DNA from: Ginkgo biloba
Taxonomy: Eukaryota > Plantae > Ginkgophyta
Length of the DNA stretch: 19,996 bases
Direction: 5' to 3'
Assembly (NCBI GenBank): GCA_024626585.2
Contig: JANKJI020000004.1
Coordinates: forward strand, 157,683,989 to 157,703,984
Shown here: positions 1-9,924 of the stretch, in pieces
How positions within the stretch are numbered: position 1 is the first letter of the stretch
Layout of the letters: the number at the start of each line of letters is the position of its first letter
The notes under the pieces: generated by a model
What the model was told of the DNA's origin: nothing
Database searches by the model: none
The model's input: only the letters and a program-made list of their open reading frames with translations
Position numbers and translations under genes: made by a program

Positions 1-180
1 CTTATATAAGTGAGTTCTTTTTCACTAATGAAAACAACTTTTGAGTTGGTTCTCACATTCTTGGGTTTTCTTTGCTTTTTCCAAGCTGGCACCAGTTTGC
101 CTCTTGCATACAGGATTGCCCTCACCCAACCGGAAGTGATCCAATCCGTTCGGTGAATATTGGTGTGCAAGCACACATCA
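1..180 (+). mobile_element. Probable 3' part of an LTR (TATA-like motif to CATCA terminus)
   Basis: TATATAA at 3-9. The segment ends ...GTGTGCAAGCACACATCA at 180. A CATCA end is typical of CRM-type chromovirus LTRs. No partner LTR is visible in the window. Confidence 0.3.
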
Positions 181-734
181 TACAACCTATCAATGCTATA
201 TACACTATCTTTATTCTTCATGCTTCACATGCACGCATATGCATAACAACTTATCTAATTAGCAAGAAGAACGAAATATGGGAGGAATAAACAAAAAGAG
301 AAACTAGTAAAGCCATATGTCAATTTTATTGTCAATAATCCTTGTGATTTATCTATGAAGACATAACCCCCAAGCACAACCCACCTCCTTGGCTCTTCAA
401 CTTGCAAAACAAACTCAGCCCCTTACTTGCAAAAACACCATTATTTTCTAAGTCCTACTCTCAACTAAAGGGTATTTGCCTCCTCTATCTTTCCAAAATC
501 AAATTTTGCTATGTTGTCATTGTACCTTTATTTAATAGAGCTTCGTTTTCAAAGATCAAGGTTTTTTCTAGAGATGCAAAGTGAGTTAATTAAATATTAG
601 GCTTTCATCATTTCACCTCACTAGAACCTTCTTGGAGGAATTAATGAAAACATATTTAAAGTAGCCCAAAATGAAATCAATGCCTTCCATGCATTTTGAG
701 GTCAAACTGGGGTGCATTGTTTACTACCATCGCC

Positions 735-803
735 CCATATTCTACATTTATTTTGCATGTTTATGACATTCCATGATTTGGTCTTTTCTTTTGCTATATT
801 GCA
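735..803 (-). pseudogene. Possible gypsy integrase C-terminal remnant
   Basis: Minus-strand translation CNIAKEKTKSWNVINMQNKCRIWGD resembles the KxKTKxWHDxxIxxKxFxxGD motif of Athila/Tat-type integrase tails. The match is short and degenerate. Confidence 0.35.
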
Positions 804-921
804 CATGTAGTTGTACTACGATGGCTCATAACATTGTCAGCAATGCTCCATCAAATTTGTTGAACCCATCTATAAAGTAGACTCTATGTTGTCTATCATC
901 TCCAAAAATGTCCTACGTGTT

Positions 922-984
922 TGTAATCTTGTTGAGTGCCTAGTAATCAACACATACTCTAATCTTTCCATCCCTTTTTACCAC
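922..984 (-). pseudogene. Ty3/gypsy reverse transcriptase N-terminal motif remnant
   Basis: Manual minus-strand translation gives VVKRDGKIRVCVDY*ALNKIT, matching the gypsy RT consensus (V)VxKKDGxxRxCVDYRxLNKxT with one in-frame stop. Confidence 0.85.
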
Positions 985-1766
985 ATCCCCGACCTTGCTT
1001 ACTTGCTACTTCTTTGTTGACTGAGTGGATATTGCATGCTATATTCTTTTGTCATATTATACATTCACTAGTTCTTTAAACTTGGAATTCATCCTGTTAG
1101 GTTCCCACCTTACTTGTTTTGTCCCTCCATAGAAATTAATTCAAAAATTCTTAATCTAACTGTTGCAAGTGGCAACTCTCAAGATGTCTAGTTGATCAGA
1201 GTTACATATGGCAAAAGTCATATGGTGTAAGTGGCAGGATGCAATTGTGCTTACATGGTACAAGTGCCAATTTTGCATATTTTACAAATAATAAGTTGGC
1301 ATGGTCTTGCATTAAGGCTCCTATTTAGTTGGGGGACTCTACGACTTCTGTTGGGGTCCGACTTCAATTTGAGGCACATCAGGAATTGGCATATTTTGGA
1401 CCTAAATTACACATGTATAATTTTATTACTTACTCATTTGTAGAGTTTGTAACATTACAAATGTATTTAATTGCCTTGCTTGCTTATTTTGTCATGTGGA
1501 ATTTGGAGAGGGACCATTTCCCCAAGATTGCACTTATGGGGCCCCATCCAAATGTGATGAGGTGATTTGTTATATATTCTTACTTCTCCTTTTCTCTTCC
1601 TTGTTAAACTTATTAAGGATTGAATAATTGATTTTGATGTACTCCCTTCATCTCCTTACCTTTTCCTTGGGAGTGGGCCTCTCTAGGGTTTGTGTTAGCA
1701 CATGTGGGAGCATGTATGGGGGGAATGTGCTCCTCCCACTTCACTCGTGCTCATACATGTCTAAGA

Positions 1767-1794
1767 GGGGTGGGGGGGGGAGGGGAAGTGAGGG
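1767..1794 (+). other. G-rich tract matching a G-quadruplex pattern
   Basis: GGGG-T-GGGGGGGGG-A-GGGG-AAGTGA-GGG: four G-runs of at least 3 with loops of 1-6 nt. Confidence 0.6.
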
Positions 1795-4533
1795 ACAATT
1801 TTCAAATAGTGTAAACGTGAATTCTTAAGAAAAGGCTTACATAAGAAAGAAAATTTGTGTGCCCATCATTAATTGCTTTTCAAGAAAACCTTCCACCTTT
1901 CTATTTTTAACACAAGTCTTGGGAGAAGGAAGAGCTTGGAGCCATATGCCCATTTCCTCCTCCCTATGGATTAGCAAAAGTACGAGAAGTTGACTTTTTT
2001 ACATTAGGGTTGCCATGTGAAAGAGAGGGGTCCACTTGTGCTAGCATGCATGAGGCAGTGCTCCACCCAATGTGAGGATTGCCACATGGGGCATCGTGTC
2101 AGCCCTTGAAGACCCATCCATATTTATTGTAATTTNNNNNNNNNNNNNNNNNNNNNNNNNNNNNNNNNNNNNNNNNNNNNNNNNNNNNNNNNNNNNNNNN
2201 NNNNNNNNNNNNNNNNNNNNNNNNNNNNNNNNNNNNNNNNNNNNNNNNNNNTATGTGCCGGTACCAAAGTGGCAACCCCGTATCTAAGCCTAGTGCTAGA
2301 CCTATCCCTATGCCAAAGTCGATCCAAAATAGGCATAGGTATAGGTATAAGTATCATAATATATCATATACAACAATATACAAAAGTGTGCAAGGCAAAT
2401 AGGGCCAACCTTGCACTCAACATGAGAATCTAAGGAAACCCTAAAGGTTTAGGGAGGTAATATACAATATAAGACAATGAAGGGATTCATGCCCAAGTAC
2501 CTCCTAGAAGGGGATGGTGATATTCAACTGCCATAAGTGTGACTCTAAGCCCATGTCTCATCCACAAGATATACCATTCAATGACTATGTCATAGATCCA
2601 AGGGTAGAGGATGATCCATCTCATATGTCCTAGCATCCAAGCCTGAGGGAGGGGTGGTCACTAGGAAAAAACTAATGATCTATCTATGGCATGGGTCTCA
2701 CCTCTAAGTAGGGGGACTTCTAGCTAGGAAGCCTCCTCCCCTTATCTGATGATAAGAGCAAATGGTGTCAGGGTTGTTGTTGGGGTGCACCTCGATGTCT
2801 AACAATCCTCTATCCTATCCCCTATATCTTGCTCAATGCGACGCTTCTGACTAGAACTGACAATCTTNNNNNNNNNNNNNNGATATGTTTATCCCTACTC
2901 TTGACAGTTATAGTAGTGGATGTCAATAACTTTCGACAAAAGATAGTAATCTCCCACAAGAAAAGAGCCACACAACTCTGGTTCAGGTATCTAAAGAAAG
3001 CTAAGAGGGACCCTTGGGAGTCTCAAAAAAGGCAATAATATCTCCCTCTGATCTCATAATAAGCTGGACATCTAAAAACAAAACAATTCTTTGACTATGT
3101 CTGCAAGGAGCAATACCTGACATATCCACAAACTTCGGTCTATGAAGTGGTCAATCTCTATCTGGAGATGGTGCGAACATACTCGCATCTGCCCCATCGA
3201 GACCCTCAAACCATGAGACAATGAAGCCACATGTAACCTGGTGAGGTGATGAGCCCATTTATGATATGGGTATAAGTTTGATAATAGTGGTCCAAGTTCA
3301 GAGTGAGAGGTTGACTGGGTGTTATCCACGAAGCCTGTATGTAGATCCTATACAACTCCCAAATGCCCCGATTGATGTCCTATGGGGTCATATGAGGAGC
3401 ATTAATGGAGAACCAAGTAGGTGAAAAACACTCAATATGAATACCAAAACCTACGAATGAAGTGATGACTTCCACATACCAGCACTAGCTGAAGCCTTTA
3501 GAGGCTAAATCCATGAAGGAAAGCAAGGACAAAAAGGGGCATCTCTCTTGTCGTGAAACTGTATCTACCATACATCGAATACAATGCAATAGTGTGACAA
3601 TCTCAAAGAGCGTACTAACTATCAAAGGTGGCACAACAAACTCGATTACTATGATATTGAAGGGTATTGTCCTCTTACTACGGATAGCCCTAAAGAGCAT
3701 AAGTGTCAACAACTTCTCCACCTACATCCATCCTATGTGACTCAAGCTTGGTCCCTAGAANNNNNNNNNNNNNNNNNNNNNNNNNNNNNNNNNNNNNNNN
3801 NNNNNNNNNNNNNNNNNNNNNNNNNNNNNNNNNNNNNNNNNNNNNNNNNNNNNNNNNNNNNNNNNNATCTCCTATTGAGGGTTTCCTCATTCAAGGGCTT
3901 ATTTATTGCATTTTGTCCACTTGGCTGCAACGGTATAGGTTGCTATTTTTAGGCATTCGCTATTTTTTACATAGCTAAGCTCTATTCTTTGCATTTATGA
4001 TGGGTTTCTGAAGGAGTTTTTGTCAGAGTGCTCAAATCTCTTCTACAGGGGAAGTCAACCTCATTCAAGGGGTTAAGATGGATTGAGGAGGTATTAAGGG
4101 GACTAGCGAACCTCCTAAATAAGTCACAACATGTTTTAACCGAAGGTATTGTTTGGCATCTTCAAATTCTTTGGATTCACTAGGTAAGTACCATTTTTGT
4201 AAGTGCACAATTTGGCCTTACTATTTATGTACTATTATTGCGTGCGGCTACTACATGCACTGCCACTGCATATTAACAGAAAGAGTTTGAAATCTGAATT
4301 ATGTTTGTTTATGCATGAATATGGGTCTGTGATCCGTTTTCGGATCCAAAGGACTGACGAACATCGAGGACGGACATACATAAGTGAGATACTTGCATTT
4401 GAATGTAAGTAAGTTGTAAGGTGCAAACATTATTGGTCAACAATGGAAGAAAAATTGTTCGTTGTCAATATTTCAAGAGACTATGTGTCAGAGGTTCATA
4501 AAGTTTAAATGAGGAACATTCAACAAAAGCCCA

Positions 4534-4611
4534 AAGTCTGACAAAGTCCGACGACAAGCAAGTTCGACAGAGTCTGACGACAAGCAAATCCAACAAAGTC
4601 CAATGACCAAT
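4534..4611. repeat. Tandem repeat, 3 x 26 bp
   Basis: Units are aagtctgacaaagtccgacgacaagc (4534), aagttcgacagagtctgacgacaagc (4560) and aaatccaacaaagtccaatgaccaat (4586). Confidence 0.85.
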
Positions 4612-4638
4612 GAGTCCCGAAGGTCGAAAACTAACCAA

Positions 4639-4836
4639 CGATGAAGATGGGAGTTCGTCATTGTTGGCGAATAATACAAGGCCAGTTCATTGCTAGCAAC
4701 GAATGGTGCAAAGATAGGTCCATCATTGTCAATGACAAATACAAAGACCAATTCATCGATGGCAACAAATGATACAAAGCCAAGTCCGTCGTTATCGGTG
4801 ACAGATACAAAGACCAATTCGTCGATGACGACAAAT
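4639..4836. repeat. Tandem repeat, about 3 x 66 bp built from 33-bp subunits
   Basis: The 66-bp units at 4705-4770 and 4771-4836 align closely, and a more diverged unit lies at 4639-4704. Both halves of the last unit start gatacaaag. The 11/22-aa periodicity is visible in ORFs 4690..4896(+) and 4488..4877(-). Confidence 0.9.
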
Positions 4837-5256
4837 GGGGGTAACGACAAGACCACCGTTGTCAGCGAAAAATGCACAAAGGAATTCCAGTGTTAAGAGG
4901 TTGGGCACCGATAGAGAAGAATCATTTACTTGTCTTGGCGTGAGAGTCTCACTCCAACAAAGACGAAGGAAGCGAAGCATTACAATTCTTCATCATCCTC
5001 CCTCAAAAAAAACAAAGAAAATTGTAAGAGACATTTCCTTGTTGAAAGTTTTGTGCCCCAATCTTAATGCAAAATATGCAAGTTTAGGTGTATTGAGTGG
5101 CTAAGCCTATGCGTTCTTATGCAAACATCAAATAAGGGAACATGTTAAGTTCTTTAAGTTGCGGGAAGGTGCTTTGGATAGGATGTTTGGTAAAAGAATG
5201 GTCGTCTTCTTGTTTAGCAAAATGTTTTAGGCTATTGCTTGAAGGAAATGCTTTTA

Positions 5257-5417
5257 TGTATGAACATCATGCTTCCTTAAAGCAAGTTGAAGATTATAAT
5301 TTTTGTTTTTGTATGAATATCATGCTTTCTTAAAGTAAGTTGAAGATCTAGAACTTTTGTTTTTGTAGGAATATCATGCTTCCTCAAAGGAACTTGAGGA
5401 TCTAGAAATTTTATTTA
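5257..5417. repeat. Tandem repeat, 3 x 53-54 bp
   Basis: Units start at 5257, 5310 and 5364. Approximate consensus: tgtatgaatatcatgcttccttaaagnaagttgaagatctagaanttttgtttt. Confidence 0.9.
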
Positions 5418-7408
5418 TATTTTTATTGATATGCTCAAGGTAGAAGAAGAGTGAAAAAATATTGTTTGATACTCTATTCCCATTTAACACACCAAGGACA
5501 TCTCAATTTATTTCCACATTCATGGATGCAAAGTCTCAAGGGTCTAAGTTATTTTCCATTAAACTATCACTTTCATAAAAAAATCAAGTCAAATAAAAAT
5601 AAATCAAAACCTTAAAATAAGAATAAAAATACTCTTCTGTGTAGCCTCTAATTCCTCAACCCTTCAAGCAATCTTANNNNNNNNNNNNNNNNNNNNNNNN
5701 NNNNNNNNNNNNNNNNNNNNNNNNNNNNNNNNNNNNNNNNNNNNNNNNNNNNNNNNNNNNNNNNNNNNNNNNNNNNNNNNNNNNNNNNNNNNNNNNNNNN
5801 NNNNNNNNNNNNNNNNNNNNNNNNNNNNNNNNNNNNNNNNNNNNNNNNNNNNNNNNNNNNNNNNNNNNNNNNNNNNNNNNNNNNNNNNNNNNNNNNNNNN
5901 NNNNNNNNNNNNNNNNNNNNNNNNNNNNNNNNNNNNNNNNNNNNNNNNNNNNNNNNNNNNNNNNNNNNNNNNNNNNNNNNNNNNNNNNNNNNNNNNNNNN
6001 NNNNNNNNNNNNNNNNNNNNNNNNNNNNNNNNNNNNNNNNNNNNNNNNNNNNNNNNNNNNNNNNNNNNNNNNNNNNNNNNNNNNNNNNNNNNNNNNNNNN
6101 NNNNNNNNNNNNNNNNNNNNNNNNNNNNNNNNNNNNNNNNNNNNNNNNNNNNNNNNNNNNNNNNNNNNNNNNNNNNNNNNNNNNNNNNNNNNNNNNNNNN
6201 NNNNNNNNNNNNNNNNNNNNNNNNNNNNNNNNNNNNNNNNNNNNNNNNNNNNNNNNNNNNNNNNNNNNNNNNNNNNNNNNNNNNNNNNNNNNNNNNNNNN
6301 NNNNNNNNNNNNNNNNNNNNNNNNNNNNNNNNNNNNNNNNNNNNNNNNNNNNNNNNNNNNNNNNNNNNNNNNNNNNNNNNNNNNNNNNNNNNNNNNNNNN
6401 NNNNNNNNNNNNNNNNNNNNNNNNNNNNNNNNNNNNNNNNNNNNNNNNNNNNNNNNNTTAAGTTACCACCACCCAGTGGCGTTATGATAAGAGGGAATGA
6501 GAAGCAAAGAAAAGGCCCATCAAGTAAGCCTTAATAGAGTGCCTCCAATTAGAGACTCAAATGTGGCAAACAAATCCTTCAGGTGGCAATTGGGGTTAAG
6601 GCATCACCAATTATAAGTCACATTGTTCTTTGGAGGTAGAATAGCCCAAATTTCCTATATATGTAAAGATTTCTTAAGCGTGGGCAATTTCTTGCTATTG
6701 ACTTCACCCTTTGGCTTAAGGGCTACTTTCTCTCTCTTCACTTTTGTTTTTCTTTTAGCTTGTTAGGCACTCTTTTTACAACAATTATTTCTGATATGAA
6801 GGAGCTCCTGAAGGCTAGAAAGGCGGTGTCTCACCTGTTCTAGTTTCTATCTACTTGCAATTAGGCATTGTTGCCTAAGGTTGACATCTCATGATGCAAG
6901 TCCTCTTGTAGCATTGCATCCTCTAATTTGTTGCTAATTGAACCTGATTTAAGGATGATTTGAAGAGCGCTCCACTTCTAGACCCAATTGCTAGACATTT
7001 TCCTCCATGGTTGTATCTATTATCAACAAATTGAGCGTTTTGGCCAGGTGAGTTCCCAAACTAGTAAGTTTCCAAATACCCTAATGCTGTAGAATTTAAT
7101 TTTAATTTTTTGTAAATTAATATGAATTACTTGCAAAAATTAATGTAATATGTCTATGCCAAAAACTAATGTTAATTGTCTGCATAAATTAGTAAGAACA
7201 GAGCATGTTGGCTTTTGTGCATGAGGCATCTCTTTTTAGGGGCAAATTATGTCTTAAATGTTATCATAAATGCCATATATGGTGCATGGGATCATTAATT
7301 AATGCAAGAAACATTTCCTTTATCATGCATATATACTTTTGCCCTACATAAGCTAAAATCCTAGGTCGTGACTCTATGGGTAGCATGGTTACTACAGTTA
7401 ATACCCAT

Positions 7409-7822
7409 AGGGGGGTACTGTGACATGGTTAGCCCTAATGTTTTGCATACATTTATGGGTTTAAACTAGCAACTAGCAGTGGGTTGAAATATATGTGAAG
7501 ATGAGGGCTATGAGGATGAAAGGATAACCCACAATCTATTAACACTCGTGATTGTTTGTAATGGCTATTAGGTTGGGAGGATACCCCTTTGCTCTATTAG
7601 TCATATGGATTGAAATAGACCCTGGTAACTGTTGTGTTGAAAGGATATGCACGAAACTATAATGCAATGGCATTATCCCCTAATAGGTCGATACACCATC
7701 TACGTGACCATGCTATGAACTATTCTCTACATAGCATTTTTAAGCCTAGAAGGTGGTTATATTTCTAAGGTGGGATTTTAAATTTTGTTTAGCCCTTGTT
7801 TGGTTTAGCTATAGTTGTAAGA
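7409..7822 (+). mobile_element. Probable polypurine tract plus start of an LTR
   Basis: AGGGGGGTAC (7409-7418) is immediately followed by TGTGACA (7419), the usual PPT-spacer-TG arrangement. Non-coding sequence follows up to an N gap. Confidence 0.35.
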
Positions 7823-9365
7823 NNNNNNNNNNNNNNNNNNNNNNNNNNNNNNNNNNNNNNNNNNNNNNNNNNNNNNNNNNNNNNNNNNNNNNNNNNNNNN
7901 NNNNNNNNNNNNNNNNNNNNNNNNNNNNNNNNNNAACGCTATCTCATAGGCCATAGAATGCCCCCTACATCACCACTTCACAAGATCCTTAGCACTAAAA
8001 GTAAGGATAAATTCTATGCATTTTCAAGGAGGAAAACAGTGAACAACGAAAAGGCTCTCAATTAACAACACCACCAACCACTACTATTTAATAGATTACC
8101 TCACCATTTGTTTGAGTGGTTATTTAACCATATATACGTCAACATAATTTACGAAGGTGAGATATTACACTTATCACTTAATGTAACAAGTTAATTAGAA
8201 CCCCAAAGCTTCGTTATAATAGTTACAAGCTGACCTAGAGCACATGGTTAGCTCACAAGGGGCCCCCAAGTACCCTTGACCCTCAAATTTAATTGGATTG
8301 GCAAGTAAATTTAAAAAATAACAATAATAATTACAAGATTCACTCTTTCAACCCGCTACCCACCTCAACACCCACATTGTTTCCTCTTTTCGACCTCGAG
8401 TCTGCTGCGACACGAGGACAATCATTGAATCACAAAAATGGCCTCGAGGTCGTGGAAAATTAAAAATTATCATCATCCTAATAAAAATTTGAGGTTGCCA
8501 GTGCAAATTTCCTCCGTCCTGTAGCACCAGGAGCACGGTGGGGATTTCTGCCGCCAGCATTGGTGATATTACCTATGTCAATATACAACAAAACAAGTGC
8601 ATCTTTAAGTTCTTTGCAATCAGCTTCTGCTCACACTACCGTCTCAATGTCCTAACAATATGCCACTGTGATGTTTTTGGGACGTTTTCCCCTCCATAGA
8701 TATCTTAAGTTTTCAATCATGTCTCATATTTTACCTTGTTTCAATAGCATGATGTTTTGGTGATTCATTATTCAGCAACACTANNNNNNNNNNNNNNNNN
8801 NNNNNNNNNNNNNNNNNNNNNNNNNNNNNNNNNNNNNNNNNNNNNNNNNNNNNNNNNNNNNNNNNNNNNNNNNNNNNNNNNNNATTTTCCCTCATTTTGG
8901 AGTTTTAAGACCTCAGAGGTAATAGAATCACAAGTTGATTTATTTGAGGTATCTATGAGGCTTTCCAAGAAGAGGATGGTAGCATGTTCTGACTTAGGTG
9001 AGTGTTTTTAAAAGGTTGAACTATACGCAGAACCTCTAAACTCAAACTCAATGAGACCTTCTGAAATGATTTTAAGTTGATAGTAGAGTTTAGGTGTGAG
9101 GTTAGTTTATTGAGAGAGAGGTAGATAGGTTATCCCATTTATTTCTCTTTGCAAGCAAGAAGGATTCAAGACCATCTTAGGAGTACACTTTGAGAAATAC
9201 AAAGAAAATGAATAATGGTAATTCTTTTTTTTTGTGCAAGGTTTTGATGATTTTTATTATTTTTGGGAGATGTAAGATGGTAAGGGAATGCATGGTATAT
9301 GAAGATCCTAATTTGAGACTATACCAACTCTTTGCAGGTGCTTCCTCCTTTGTCCCACCGACTGG

Positions 9366-9390
9366 TTCTCGGGAATTTCTCGGGAATTTC
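9366..9390. repeat. Perfect 11-bp tandem duplication
   Basis: (ttctcgggaat)x2 + ttc. Confidence 0.9.
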
Positions 9391-9708
9391 CTTATATCCT
9401 GTAGCAGACTACTGATTCTTTATAATGGTGAGTGAACTGAAAACGCGTGGATGAAGTATCCTTCCAAATATTGTCACTATGTGAGAAGTTGTTGAGGAAT
9501 TTGGCTTTATTCAAGGCAACAATTCTTCATTTCAGATGTAAATAGTACCCCAATGGTCTTAATATAAGAACATCACTTTTGAATAACATGAAAACAAAAT
9601 TTGCAATCTCCAGAAATGCAAAATACAACGTTTTATTGTATCAATGAGAAAAAACTCTCGACCAAAAAAGTCTGACCAATGCCAGCCGAATACACTCTCA
9701 ACAGAGAG

Positions 9709-9752
9709 CGGCAACCGGCCACCGTGATACAAAACCTAAAGTCAACTCCACC
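9709..9752 (-). pseudogene. Possible decayed second exon of the DDA1-like gene
   Basis: After an AT-rich intron of about 95 nt, the minus strand reads GGT GGA GTT -GA CTT TAG GTT TTG TAT CAC GGT GGC CGG TTG CCG. This can be aligned codon by codon to the recalled family motif GGMRVYVCDHDTSPP with one 1-nt deletion, one stop and several substitutions. Alignment was by eye only. Confidence 0.35.
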
Positions 9753-9849
9753 GCCTTAGAAAATGACATTAATTTTTCTTCTTAATTTATTTATTATTTA
9801 CAGAACATCATTAAAAATAACTTTGACAATGAAGGATTGCAGCGCTTAC

Positions 9850-9924
9850 TGGATTGGAGGACGGAAATACAGAAGAGCCAAAAAAGCCACGGGAAGGAAG
9901 ATCCACCAAATATTGCCCCGCCAT
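9850..9924 (-). pseudogene. First coding exon of a plant DDA1-like / SAP-domain (LOT1-like) gene; probably a pseudogene or diverged paralog
   Basis: The ATG at 9924 has a good plant context (acaATGGCG). The 25 codons MAGQYLVDLPSRGFFGSSVFPSSNP end at a phase-0 donor CCA|GTAAGC (9850/9849). A pyrimidine-rich acceptor ttctttggttttgttccAG| lies upstream at 9939/9938. The peptide resembles the recalled N-terminal motif FLxNLPSRGxFSSxxxSSNP of plant DDA1-domain/SAP proteins. The family match is from memory, not from a search. Confidence 0.65.

Noticed and set aside
1150-1560. Gag zinc-knuckle remnants upstream of the RT motif
   Set aside because: Cys-containing scraps (CKICK, CYKLYK) do not complete a CX2CX4HX4C pattern in one frame.
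2882-3760. Possible plant-mobile-domain or accessory ORF remnant on the minus strand
   Set aside because: Only a vague resemblance with many stops and no convincing motif. It would need a profile search.
4331-4346. GATCCG-TTTT-CGGATC hairpin as a terminator
   Set aside because: A 6-bp stem in eukaryotic repeat DNA is expected by chance and has no supporting context.
4488-4896. 129-aa and 68-aa overlapping ORFs as genes
   Set aside because: Explained by the 33/66-bp tandem array. No recognisable domain or gene structure.
4534-5417. CRISPR-like arrays
   Set aside because: The units are contiguous tandem repeats without unique spacers, there are no cas genes, and the context is eukaryotic.
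6458-7090. Possible gag-like coding remnant on the minus strand
   Set aside because: No motif could be read without multiple assumed frameshifts.
8478-8572. CLE/PSY/CEP-type peptide hormone motif in GNITNAGGRNPHRAP
   Set aside because: It does not match the defining motifs of those families.
9366-9390. Heat-shock element
   Set aside because: The GAA/TTC spacing does not fit nGAAnnTTCnnGAAn.
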